Positions 22,627 through 35,012 of a stretch of DNA of 64,000 nt are shown piece by piece. The DNA lies in the NCBI GenBank assembly GCA_026936335.1, contig JAPMXV010000015.1, positions 124,001 to 188,000 of the forward strand, written 5' to 3'. Below the pieces are notes generated by a model. The model saw only the letters and a program-made list of their open reading frames with translations. It was not told where the DNA came from and did not search any database. This DNA comes from Mantamonas sphyraenae STR306 (lineage: Eukaryota > Protista > CRuMs). Made by a program: the position numbers and the translations under genes. Positions within the stretch are counted from its first letter, which is position 1. Each line of letters starts with the position of its first letter.

Positions 22627-25600
22627 CTATGCACCCACTGCTCCAGCCACGTCGTTTGCAGACACTGCACGGATGTCTTTGTACAGCTTGATGACAAAGG
22701 TAGGCACCAGCGACGCCATGGCCGTCTGCAGGGCCCATGGTTCGTAGCCAAAGGCAAACACCACCACCATGATGATGTTGAGCAGGTTCATGAAGTAGCC
22801 AATGACTCGTTCGCGTCCAGGTGTGATCAGATCCAACGGTTCCAGGTCCACCTCGTCCTCATCCTTCTGCACCGTCTCCTCCTTGGAACGCGACTTGAGC
22901 GGTGGCGTTTTCTCCTTCTTGCGCTTCTTACGGATGTCCACACGCTCTTCCATCATGTCCTCCAGCGTCTTGCTGGTGTGTCGGTCCAATTTGGCCACCT
23001 TTTCAGCCTGCCGCATGGCCAGCAGCTTCTGTTCGCGCTCGAATCCGGATTCCTTCATCGCCGCCGCACGCAGATTGAGAAAGTATTCTTCGTGCACTGC
23101 ATCTGCACTTGCAAGGCTTCTCTTGTGTAGCGACGTGTCCACTCCATACGTTTCCTTCTCGTCCACCTGGTCGTCATCCTCCTCCTGGTTGTCCTTGCTG
23201 CCTTGCCTTGTCCTTGCCCTTGTCCCTTCTTTGACGTTTTGCTCTTGCTCTTCACATCCTTTCCAGAGGGCCCCATCGGTCCAACAAACTCCCACAAATC
23301 GTCCTCATCACCACCCAACGGCCCACCGGGTCCCTTCTTGGACTTTCTCTCTTTGCCTTTCTCCTTCTTCTCCTTCTTCTCCTTCTTCTCCTTCTTCTCC
23401 TTCTTCTCCTCCTCTCCTTCTCCTTCTGTTCCTTTCTCTCCTTCCTCTCCTTCTCCTTCTGTTCCTTCTTCTCCTTGAGGTTGCCTTCATCTTGCACCTT
23501 GGACGTTTTCTTGCCCTTGCTGCTCGTGCTGGAGCTACTGGAGCTACTGGAGCTGCCCTTGTCAGATGGCCATTTGACCTTTGAACCACGCACGTGATTG
23601 CGGATCTGCCGGCGCCACGTGTCTGCATCCTCCGTGCGTCGTGAATTCAGCAGCACAAACTCTTCCACTTGGTCCATGTTCCGCACCACATAGCTCCAGT
23701 CGCTGGGATGTTTCATCAGCTTCAGCAGACCGCCACGCACCATGTGACCCTGTCCTCCATCCTTGTCCGCCAAATCGGCCACTTGCTCGATCCACTCCAC
23801 ATGGCGCTCCTGCTCCATTTCTTTCACTGCCCCATCGGCCAGCTTCTCTGCCTGCTTGCGGAAATGACTTTGCCACGACAATTTGCCCATCTTGGTCGAG
23901 TTGCGGGTCCACTCTGCCAAGGATGGCATCCAAGTTGTGGCGCACAGTGCATATGCATCGTTTGCCAGCAATCTCCTCAGCTCCGCTTCGTAGCGAGGCC
24001 CAAACTCCTTCACAAACGCCTCTACCTCGTCTGCCAGACCAGGCGCCTGGTGCATCTGCATCTTGTACAACAGCTCCTTTGCGTTGGCATTCACCAAAGT
24101 GGCTGGTTCTTCTCGTTCCACCTCTTGCAGCCACGCAAGCGTCTCTGCGCCCGATTGTGAGTCCCACACCGTGCTGTCCACACGCAGCGTCTTGTAAGAA
24201 CGTTCACTCAGCAGAGTGTATGCACACAAATTCTTGGCCGCCTCTCGGCCATCCTCTGTGCTCATCGACGCCATCCACGTGTCCTGGATCTCATAGAAGC
24301 GCTGAAACAAGCTCTGCACGCGCTCCATCTCCGCCTCCCACAGTTTCACATCGGACCCCTTGTAGTCAGGATGTGCACGTCGCACTTCCTTTATGCCTTT
24401 GATGGCTTTGTCGATGTGTTTGTACGACTTTTTGTCAGTCTTGCTAGCTTTCCAATTGCTCAGCTCCTCATGCAGCACGGCCAGGTCTGCATCGAGGACA
24501 TCCTCTGAGCTGTTGTCCAGCGTAAAACTCAGCCGCTCGTGCACCCTCTTTCCTTCTGGGACCTTCTCTCGAATCTTCTCATACAGACGGATCAGATTCT
24601 TCCTCTCCTGCAATTGGTGCTCTCCACTCCTGTGCTCCATCACACGTCGATAGTACTTCTGGACGCCCTCCATTGCATCGTCGGAGAGTACACCCAGAGG
24701 AAGCCTGTCCACATCCATGCCCATGTCACGAAGTGCTCGTTGCTGCTTTTCTGCCTCCACCCGGTCCAGGACAAGCTCGGTCATCTTTGCTTTCCAGTGC
24801 TTGCGCAGCGCAGACGTGTCCAGACACATACCATTGCCCTTGTCGAACAACCACACAGCGAACGCCTCGTCCAGCTGTGCGCACTCCTCTGCTGTCAACC
24901 CGTACCTTTGCTGCACCGCCTTGAGCTCGCATGCCGCCTTGATTGCCTCATTGTACTTTGCCACGAACAAACCGACCTCGGACGGCCCCGACAACACCAA
25001 GCCTTCGTCTTGAAAGTCTTCCATCATCTTCGTAAACGCATCAGGCGGGGCTGCACTCACGTGAAACGTGTCCACATACACATCCGCCCGGATGCCATTC
25101 TGCCCCAAGACGTTGCTAGACTCCTTCTTGCTCACCTTGGCCAAGTTGTCCTTCACCTCTTGATCCTTCTTGTCCTTTTTCGACCGCTTGGACTTCTTCT
25201 TCTTGTCCTTTCCAGAGGGGCCCTGAGGCCCCTGGTGTTCCTCTGGCCCCATTGGACCCTCCGGTCCATGTTTGCTCTTCCTGCTCTTGCCCTTGTCCTT
25301 GCTCTTCTTCCTATCCTTGCTCTTGTCCTTGCTCTTGTCCTTGCTCTTGTCCTTGCTCTTGTCCTTCCCCTTGGGGCTCCTGGTCGTCGTCTCACTCATC
25401 TCACCGACTGTCCCATTGAAGTACTTGCGCTTCCACGACTTGGGAGCCTTGCTGCTTGTATGAATGCCGAGCTTCTTGGCCTTGTCACGACCCATCTCCA
25501 CCAGCTGCTTCTTCAAACTGTGTTCCACCTCATCGAAAGAGGTCCCTTTCAACAAATTCAACGCTTCTCGTCCTTCCTCACTGGTAATGTACGCCATAAA

Positions 25601-28600
25601 GTCCTCTGCACAGATGTCCATCCACATGGCATACTTCCCCTTGCACGCGAGATCCGTGATACTCCCTTTGATCACCATTCGCAGCCATGCATCCTCCTCT
25701 CGCTCCAGAGCCTCAGTCACCTCGGGATACTCACTGGGCACTTTGGGCGACCAGTTCATCGTGATCATCATGGTGTGCATGTTCTTGACCAAATCCTTGG
25801 ACGAGCAGATTTGCTTCGCGTTCATCGCAAGGGCATACATGGTCTCCTGCGGCAGCGTCAGAAAGTGTTCGCAGTCGTCATCGGTCCTCAGGCACTGTTG
25901 AAGCACTTGGAGCATCTTTGTCGACATCTCTTCCTCCAACACACACTCGTTCATCGCGAGCCACAACCTCGTTTTGCACTCTCGTCCCAGCGGACCCACA
26001 GCACACCACGGAGCCTTGCCCAAGATGCGTGCCATGTTCTTTCCACGCATCTGCAGCAATTGGTCTCCCTGTGCATACTTCACTGCCTTTTCTATGCCGT
26101 CCGTTTTCTGGATATGTGCGTCGTACAAGCGCAACTCGGCCTGCAGCTTGCGCAGCAGAATCACAGATGCCACTGTGCGACGCAGGCCACGCAGCATCAC
26201 GTACTGCTTGCGCAGCTCCACGGCTTCCGATGCCTGCTTCTGTTTCTCCGCTGCCCTTTGCGCCTCGTTGATCGCTTTGGAGCGAGCCGACAACTCTTCC
26301 ACCAGCGCGTCCACAACCGCCTCGCTCAGCTCACCCACAGCAGGTTCTGAGCCTCCCAATCCCGAGCCATGACTTTGGTAGATGCGTTGTACCTCCTCCT
26401 CCACGGTGGCCAACAATGGTTCCACCCACGACACCAGCGACCCCGCCTCAGACTTGCTAGCCTCTGCTTTCTCGGCTGCCACCTTGCAGGCAATCACTCC
26501 CTGGTCACTCACCTCCAATCCTTGCTCACTCAGAACGTTTTCCACTCGCGAACCAATACCCGTTGCCGTTTCGTTTGCGTGTTGTGTCGCAGCCTCCATC
26601 ATCTGCGTCACCAGTTCTTCCTCCACCCCCGCCTGCCACTGGGCCCATTCCTTCTCCCACTTTCTCTGCACATCTTTGGGCATATAAACAGGCCCTTGAT
26701 TGCACATCCATTCCAGAAAGTGGTCCATCAGCTCCTGCTTGCGTGCCAAACGAGCTTGCTTCTCCTCCAACTTCCTCTCCAGCTGTTGCAGCTCCAAGGC
26801 GGCCACCACCGCTTCCTTGCCAAAGACCAACCCCTGGTCCCAAGCATCCTCCTCCTCATCATCAAAGCCCTCCATCACGTTGTCCTCTTCCTCGCTCTTC
26901 TTCTTGTCCTCCTTGCCCTTGCTCTTCTTTTTCTTCGAGGCACTCTTTTCCACCAGTTCCTTAAGCAGCTGGTATCGCACCTCTCCAATAACCTCGGGCA
27001 TTGCCTCCACCTCTTTGGTGAGCCTCTCATAGTGCTGCGTGATGTCCACGGCCGCTTTCAGCGCCTCTGTGTACATCGTGTCAAAGAGCTTGTCGTTGAC
27101 CAGTGCAGGGTCGTCACGCACCGTTTTTCGCAGTGCCTGGCCGTCTTTCTTGCTCCAATTCTTGCCCTTGCGCTTGTTGTGCTTGATTGCCCTTTCCCGA
27201 GTTCTCTCCGAGACGCCTTCTTTCACCTCTTCCCACCACTCTGGCCGGACTCCCAGCACACGCAGCTCGTCCACATTTCCCTGCAGAAACCCATCGGCTT
27301 GCGTGAGATACTCCAACAGCTTGCCTTGCAGCTCGTCCCATTCTTCGCGCTCCTCTTCCACACGCTTGCGGCCCCATTCAACACGTTCCAGCAGTTCGCG
27401 CTTGTCCTTCATCCCAGCACGTCGCTTTTCCACCTCGGAGCGCCTCACCTCGTCCACAGCCGCGTTCTTGAGCGTCTCCAGACCTTCCAGCTCCATCTCC
27501 ACACGATCCAACTCTGTCTCTTCTTCCTCTTCCTCCTCCTTCTCCCCTTCCTCGTCGTCTTGAAGCAGATGCACGTGTTCCTCGTCCAAATCTCCCTGTT
27601 CGTCGTCGTCATCAACAGGCTCGCTCATGTCCGAAAGCACACTCAGGTCCAGTGGAGTGTCAGCCCTGCTGGCATCCATGTCCTCGTCTTCGTCGTCCAG
27701 CTCATGATCTTCACCCAAATCATGATCGTCGTCAGACTGCTGCTCCTGCTCTTCTTCCTCGTCATCCTCCTCTTCCTCGTCCTCTTCCCCTTCCTGACTC
27801 TGCTCCTCAATACGCTTCGCTGCTTCCTCCGCTTCCAGCCGTTCGCGTTCTTCCCTTTCCCGTTTCTCACGCTCTTCTTTCTCCTTTTCCTTGCGTGCGG
27901 TCACCAGGTTGCGTCCAACCTCCAATGCCTCCGCCTGCAGCTCTTGGGAGTCGTAGGCAAGCGTGATCTCGTTCAGAATGCGCAAGCGTGCCTCATCGTC
28001 AATCAGATTCCTCTGCAGATCGCGCTCCAGCTTGGCAGCACGTGCAAAAGCGCCCTGCAGGAATGCCAACGCCTGTGGGCTCACTGCGTTGCCAAACGCT
28101 TCCGTGAGCGCACGCCTTCGTTCATGCTGCTCCTTCTTGTGCTCAGTCTTGCGCGTCTCCTTTTCACGGTTCGTCTCACGCTTTGTGCGCACGCTGTGCC
28201 TACGTCGCTCGTCTCGCTCCTTCTGCAGGCGGTACTGGCTGCGTGTGGCCAGGGCCCAAAACACATCCAACGCAGGCGGGTTGTTGACCTGTTCCTGCAA
28301 CTTTCCCAGCACCACCGTCACGGGCGTCATCATCCAGATCAGTCCTGTGGCTCTGGCAATCACAGCCAACACAGCCTCCTGCTGCGAGTCTTCGTCTTCG
28401 TCGTCATCGTCAAACTCTTCTGCGCGCTGCTTGATGTGAAGCGCATGCACCAGCTTGAACGACCAGTTGCCCACGAGGAGGTAGAAGAGACGCACAATAA
28501 TGGTGGCCACAAAGTCCGCCGCCAGCACAAAGGGCACCATGCACGCTCGGCAATTGCGACGCTGTTGATAGTACAATTCGCGCTGTTTCGACACCCGGCG

Positions 28601-31600
28601 CCAGAACTTGAGGTCTCCTACGAGCAGATGCATGTTGTTGAGCACCAGTCCGACTGTGATGATGGCTGTGAGGACCGAGCCCACCACCGCGTGACGAGAT
28701 CGACGTCGCCGCAGTTGCGTGGCTGGCCCACAACCACACTGCCCAACACGGAACCCAACATGACAAACAGCACCTGAATAGTGTAAAAGATGGCGCCGTC
28801 GGCCAGTCCGGCGAGGACGCCCACCACAGCAGCAGCAGCAGGCGATTTTTGGCGCTTCTTCAGCGAGCGCAGGAACATCGTCGTCACAAGGAGCATGTCT
28901 CGCCCCAGCATGACACGCAGAAAAATGACCACGACGCCCATGAGCAAGGGAGACAGCACAGTGAGCAGTCCGCCGCAGTTCCAGTCCACGCTGAGTGGCA
29001 GGTCGATCGCGGTCAGTGTGATTTTGAAAATGTTGACGACCTCAAAGGGGAACTCGCCCAGGGCCAGGTTAATGCCCAGGTCAAAGCTGATGGGGTTCAA
29101 CCATGCAAAGTACTTTCGGAAACTCGTAAACACGAGCGACAGCGTGAACAGGGTGCGCACAGCCGCAAAGAACAGCGCCAGAACATTGAAGATGGTCACA
29201 ATCGCATAGTTGACCACCTTTTCGCTTGACGAAGGCTCCGAAGGCTCATCTTCTGCCACCATGTCTTCCAGACCACTGTGCACCTTGCTTCCCACGTCCC
29301 CTTCGTCGTCCTCCGACGGTGGTGCCGGACCATCACCCTCTGCAAGGCCATCCAAGGTCTGGACCACACCTGCGGCCGAGTCGAAGCTGCTCATGGCGGC
29401 GTGGCCGCGTTCCAAAGCCCCTTTCTTTTCATCCGCTGCGTCCGCTTCGTCGGCTTCTTCGTCCTCCCCGTCGTCCTCGTTCTCGTCTTCGTCCTCGTCA
29501 CTCATGTCCCCCTCTGTGATCATTGGCTCTGACGTGTCGAGGACAGACAGTTCGAGGGCGTCGCCGTCCATGGTGGGCGTGTCCAAAAAGTCCGAGTCGT
29601 CCGAGTCGTCCGAGTCATCGTCATCGTCGTCGTCCTCGTCGCCACTCTCCACTTTCATCTTGTTCCCCTTCTCCTGCTTTGCCTTTTGTCGCTCCTCTTC
29701 CTCCTTCAAGTAGGCCTCTTCCTCCTCCTTTTGCTTTCGCGCCTCCTCAGCCTCGCGCAACAGCCTCGCACGCGCGACCTTTGGATCCAAACCAGTGGCG
29801 TTGGACAGCTGGCGCACACGCAGCTCAAAGGCAGCGTCGCGCATGTTGCTCTTTGCACGGTCCTTGAATCCCGCAAGAAAGTCCTCGATGCGTGTGACGC
29901 CGCCCTTGGCCCATTGCAGAGGTGGGTAGTGGGCGACACAGCAGAATCCGGGGAGGAAAACGAGAAGGGGGACGATGATAAAGATGACGAGGAGAACAAG
30001 AGGCAGGAATTGCAGGTTGTCGCGAATGACAAGGGCCAATTCGACGCGGTCCTTGGTGTTGGAAGTGTGGATGCCTTCTGTGGCCAGAACAAGGTACATG
30101 CGCTCGTCGTCTTCGTTCATGACGGTGCGATCGATGTCCAAGGTGCGTGTGGTCGCATCCAGTGTCAGCGCTGCGGTTTGTGAGCAGTTGGAGCACGTGA
30201 AGGCCACGTAGCGGACGGATTTCTGGTCCGCAAACGGTACCAGATCGACGTCAAACACGGTGGGCGTGCCGTATGTGCCTAGGACATGAAGGGTGGGCAA
30301 CAGATTGGTGGTTGTCTTGAGCTGCAGCTGGCTGACGCTGTTGTGCTTGCTGATTTGAGCCCACCGTTGCACGGGGCGTCCCAGTTGCGCACCTGCAAGC
30401 ACAGTGGCACCCCCTCCATTGACGACTTCCAGTGATCGGTCCGCAGAGTCTGTAGTGCAGCCTGTCCAGCGGCGGAAGCCCGATCGCGTAGCGCACTGGG
30501 AATTCCACCATCCAAACGAAGCGTTGACGACGCTGCGCGTGTACACAATCCTGACTTGGCAGACCCATCCAAAGGCATGCGTGGAGTTTCCGTCGTTGCG
30601 CGTGGATGCGGTGACAAACAGACGGCGTTTGAGGCCGTTTGGTGTTGTGCAGCCGCAGCGGTGAGCGGGCGAATAGTCCGTGGTGGCATCCAGTGTGTCA
30701 CCGTACGTGTTGCCACACTTGCTGTCACATGTCAGTGTCGACTGGATTTGGACCTCACCGCAGGATGCCACCGTGCTGAGGCGCTCGATACGCACGTTGT
30801 TGACGGGAAACATGGATCCCTCGGCCACAAAGTCCACAAAGAAGACGGCTTGGGCGTTGTCCACATAGGTACCGTCCTGAAGAAACGCACGCGTGAGTGT
30901 CACGGTGCGCGAGATGTCCACGGCCCCGGTCGTGTCTGTGGTGAGGATGTTGGCTGTGCCTTGGCACTGTGGTCCGTACGCAGGCGATGTGCACGCACAA
31001 CGATTGTCACCGAGGGCACGTGTGCTGTTGAATACGGTGGTTCCTTTGAAGAAACAGGCGTCGAGGACATTTGTGCGTGCGTGGCCCGTGCAGTTGCCTC
31101 CTGTGACCCATGGCAAACAAGTGACACTCAGCGAGTACGACGTGATGCCCCCCACACGCATATCGCAGCCACAGGAGGCGTGCGAGGACAGCGAGGAGCC
31201 AAAGGAGTAGTCCTGGGCGACAGAGAGGCCTGATGCAACAGCGGCCGCAGGAGCTTGCCACGGATTGGCACAGCTGCGCGAAGAGACCGAGCATGAGAAA
31301 CGCACGTGAAGGAGCATGTGGTGAGCAGCAGCCACACCTTGTGCGTCTTGCAGCCCAAACAGAACTTGTCGGCCCTGGTGTGCGTTGACTGTGAGACGCA
31401 CGTGTGCCTGCTGGCCGGGGAGGAGGTTGAGAGCGGCAAGAGCGCCTTCGAGATTGGAAGGTTCAGAGGATTGTGTTGCTGGCTGGTCGCAACTGGCGCC
31501 AGCCCAGCCCTGGTCGCAGGAGCAGCGTTTGAGTTGTGTGTCGTAGCTGCCGTGGCTGGAACAAACGTGGCCTGTTGTCAGTCGCACGGTGGCCTGGCAG

Positions 31601-32968
31601 ACCTCTGTGGTGCTTCCAGTACGTCGCAGAATCAGAGCGTGTTGCAGGTTGTTGCTTGTGCAGGGAGCGCCCGCACAAGACGAGCCGTCGCCGGGAAGCA
31701 AGGCTGGCGAGGTGTAGGTTGTGATCTGGCCACTGTTGCACCAACAAAGGGAAGAGGAGGCCGAGCAGGCGTAGTGTGTGTGAAGCTGGAGCCCTGCCGA
31801 GCAGTTTGTCGAAAGCACTGAGGCAGAGATGCGCGCGGTGGCTGTGACCAGCGTTGCAAGCACGCTGGAGGCATCTTTGCCTGCATCGATGACCACCGTG
31901 GCATCGAGAGAGCCTGAAGAGGCCAAAGAGGATGTGTTTTGCCACGCGGTGGCTGGATGCGCTTGCTGGACGAGTGCGGGGGAGACGTGTGTTGCCACCG
32001 ACCACTGCCCGCCCTGACGTAGCTGCACTCGAAGCATGTCTGTTGCTTGGCCTGCGTAGCCGTCCAAAGAACACAAAATGGTTCGTTCGCCCAGAACTTG
32101 GGCGCTGAATGTTTGGCTGCCAAGCATGCAGGCAGGTTTTGCCTCGAAGCTGCACACTCTGCAGCTCCGTTGCGTACTGGTGCAGTCCGTCGAGACCCAA
32201 TTTCCAGTGTTGCCTTGTCTGCATGTGGACGAAATCCATTGGGCAAGGGTTTGGGGCCGTGTGAGCTGGCGCGGATGTGGGGGAAGCACGGGCACAGCAC
32301 AACAGGCACTGGCCAACTCACGATTGCAGGATCGCACAGGTCGACATGGCACTGGGTTGGCCTGGTACCCATGCGGTGAAATCAAATGCGGAACCATCGG
32401 ACCATACGAATTCGCCTGAGCAGCCGGGGGTGGAGTGTGAGGGGAATGGGTTCCGTGTGCGTGCGTGTGTGAGCGCTTTGTGCAGATGCAAAAGAAGGGC
32501 GATTTGAGCGGCCAAGAAAACCAACCTGCGCTCCCACGAGAGGCGCCCAGAAACGCCTCGCGGTTTTGTGTAGTCGAGCATGCAGAGAGAGTTAGGTTGG
32601 CCAAGTGGTCGTTGGTTGCCTTTGTGTGGACGCTGGGCAGGGTGGCGTTCTGAAAAGTGCGTGTCAGTGTGCGGCCCACAACGAAAATTCCTGAAAAGCA
32701 CGCTTTGGGAGACACATACGATGTTTGCACAGGCGGCGGACATTTCGAGCTGTGTGCTCAACGTGTCGATGGCTGCCTCATGCACCGTACGAATGTCCGA
32801 GATGCGCGTGGAGGCGTCAAGGGTGACCAGGAGGGCGGTGGAGCCGGCGTGGATCGGCTGGACAGAGGCCACCCCGGGGATGCTCTGTGCACCAGCGGGG
32901 TGCGCCAACAGAACCCAAAGACCCGCAAGAAGGGCGATGGAAAGCAGAGAAAAGGTGGGAGGATGCAT
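22627..32968 (-). CDS. Giant multi-pass membrane protein: signal peptide, C-type lectin, EGF-like modules, TM bundle, ~1600-aa charged region, two terminal TMs; complement(join(22627..32218,32322..32415,32526..32649,32720..32968)), ~3350 aa after repairing 3 single-base deletions (~28689, ~23412, ~23202)
   Basis: MHPPTFSLLSIALLAGLWVLLAHPAGA signal peptide; spliced CTLD (ATLPSVHTKATNDHL...FVWSDGSAFDFTAWVPGQPS...GNWVSTDC); EGF CSSHG...CSCDQGWAGASC; consecutive overlapping long ORFs. Confidence 0.72.
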
Positions 32969-32988
32969 TTTGGTCGCGGCACCGCAAG

Positions 32989-33889
32989 TCACCGTCCCAG
33001 GAGTTGGCGAAGGACGCGCACCCCGTGGACCGAACTGGCAGCCATGGCAACAAAGAGGACGGTGGAAGAGGTGAGGATGCGTTGGACGACACGATGGATG
33101 TCGTTGGCGGCGGGAAAGAGGACCCAGTACCAGTCATTGGCAGAGTTGAGGAGGAGGACAGCCAGGATGGCAGCTGCTTCCATGGTGCGTTTGGCTCGTC
33201 GTTCAGTCCATTGGGTGGCTACAACGTACAGTGGGGCCATGAGGAGGATGCTTGACACGAGGGCAATTCTGCTCTCGTCCTTGTTGACACACTGCTTGGA
33301 AAATAGGTCAAACGAGACGGAAGAAGCAGTGTAGATGGCGCCTCCAAGCATAACCAATGCATACATGAGGTGGAAGCGTGTAAGAGAAGGCTGTGCTTGC
33401 ACGGGCTGATCTTTGCCCAACGCCGGCGTTGCCTTGGCGCTCAGGGCCAGGCGGGTCACAAACAGGCCCACCAACCAGCGGCCCAGCACGAGGTCGAGAA
33501 GAACTGGGAACAGGAGTGGCATGCCGGGATGTGTGTGCCAGGGATGTCAGTGGAGGGCGCTGGTGGAACAATGGGCGAGGAAAGAGCCACGAGAGAGACG
33601 ACGGGAGGGAACCAAACGCACCGACAAAGACGACGCAGGTGCGGATGGGGTCCTCCGACGAGTCCCAGGCGGTGACAGCCTTGGGAAACTGGCCAGCAGA
33701 GACGGGCCGAGCAAAAAGCCAGATGGCACAGGCTGAGAGGACGCCGAGAGTGTTTGCAGCGCGGCCTCCGGTGTAGAAAACGGCGTGGCGTTGCTTCCAG
33801 ACGGCCCAGGAGAGCACACAAAGGTAAATGATGACGGAAGTCTGCATCCACCACAGCGTGACGTCACCAGAGGTGCCGATTTCGGGCAT
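32989..33889 (-). CDS. Hypothetical multi-pass membrane protein; complement(join(32989..33503,33622..33889)), ~260 aa
   Basis: About 7 hydrophobic segments; a GTGCGT...CTGAC...CCCAG intron joins the two ORFs in phase. Start codon uncertain. Confidence 0.6.
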
Positions 33890-33960
33890 GGCGAGTCTCG
33901 GGGGGCTTCGGAGCACTGGGTGGCCAACGCAACCCAGCCCGACCCGGACAGCCAGCAGCC

Positions 33961-34890
33961 ATGGACACATCGATGTTTCTTCGGACGCAGGAGTGGTTGG
34001 TGGATACAAAGTCAGGACGGCGTTGGGATCGGTTTGTGGAGCGTGTGCGCAAGCACGGGCAGGTGAGCGAAACGGAGGAGGTTGTGAGTGAGGCGTTGGG
34101 AGTGCTGCTGGGCAAGCTGGCAAATATGGAGGACGCAGACACAGGGAGCAGCTCGGATGAGGATCCACCCATGGATGTGTTGCTCCACGGCCAGTGTGCG
34201 TTTGAGGTGCGCGGGGTGCGGTGTGTGTTTGGCGACGGGTCGGATCAGCTTGCGTTGCGGGTGGCTGTGGCGGAAGTGTGTGGCAAGACGTGTGTGATGG
34301 TGGCTTCATTTGGCACAAAGGCGTATGCAGTGGATCATTTTGGCATCCAGGATGTGCAGGGACCGCAGGAGCAGGCTGTGGCCAGGATAGGGTTTGTGGG
34401 CGTGGACTGGTTGCTCATGGGAGCGGAGCAGAGCAGGAGCGGCGCAGACGCACAGCTGCATCACCTCATTGACACAATGGCAGCACTGCTGCCGTCTGGG
34501 GAAGACATAGAAGTGAGCCAGGAAGAGTTCCTGGGAACCAGCGAAGGCCAGGCGTGGCTGGAACAGGCGCACCACTTTGCGTGCTGGTTTCCTCTGGAGG
34601 TGGATGTGACGTGGGAAGAGAACAAGCAAGACGTGAGCAAGCAGTTGAACGCATTGGCAAACGGGTTGGTGGGGCTTCGGGACGTGCCTGCTTCGGCAAG
34701 GAGTGGTGACCCAGGGAAGGACACGTTGGATCTCATGGATGCACAGGCACTGGAAGAGCTGGAGAAACAGATACTAGCGTGCGGGGTTGGTTCACAAGCA
34801 GATGAGGAGGAGGCCAGGCGCTTGGTGGACAGGATGACAGAGGCGTTTCTGGGTTCTGAGGATCGGGTCGAGGATGGGATGGAACATTAA
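33961..34890 (+). CDS. Hypothetical protein, 309 aa
   Basis: Long ORF with globular, acidic composition and coding-like codon usage; no family recognised. Confidence 0.65.
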   Translation: MDTSMFLRTQEWLVDTKSGRRWDRFVERVRKHGQVSETEEVVSEALGVLLGKLANMEDADTGSSSDEDPPMDVLLHGQCAFEVRGVRCVFGDGSDQLALRVAVAEVCGKTCVMVASFGTKAYAVDHFGIQDVQGPQEQAVARIGFVGVDWLLMGAEQSRSGADAQLHHLIDTMAALLPSGEDIEVSQEEFLGTSEGQAWLEQAHHFACWFPLEVDVTWEENKQDVSKQLNALANGLVGLRDVPASARSGDPGKDTLDLMDAQALEELEKQILACGVGSQADEEEARRLVDRMTEAFLGSEDRVEDGMEH

Positions 34891-35012
34891 CGGTAGTGGT
34901 GAGCAAACACAGAAATACAGCTGTGAAACTTTGGACGGGAAATGTTTGCTGTGTGTGGACATGGAAAGAGGAGGCCGCGCAGGCGAAGCAAACCTGGTTG
35001 ACATTGCTGCTG

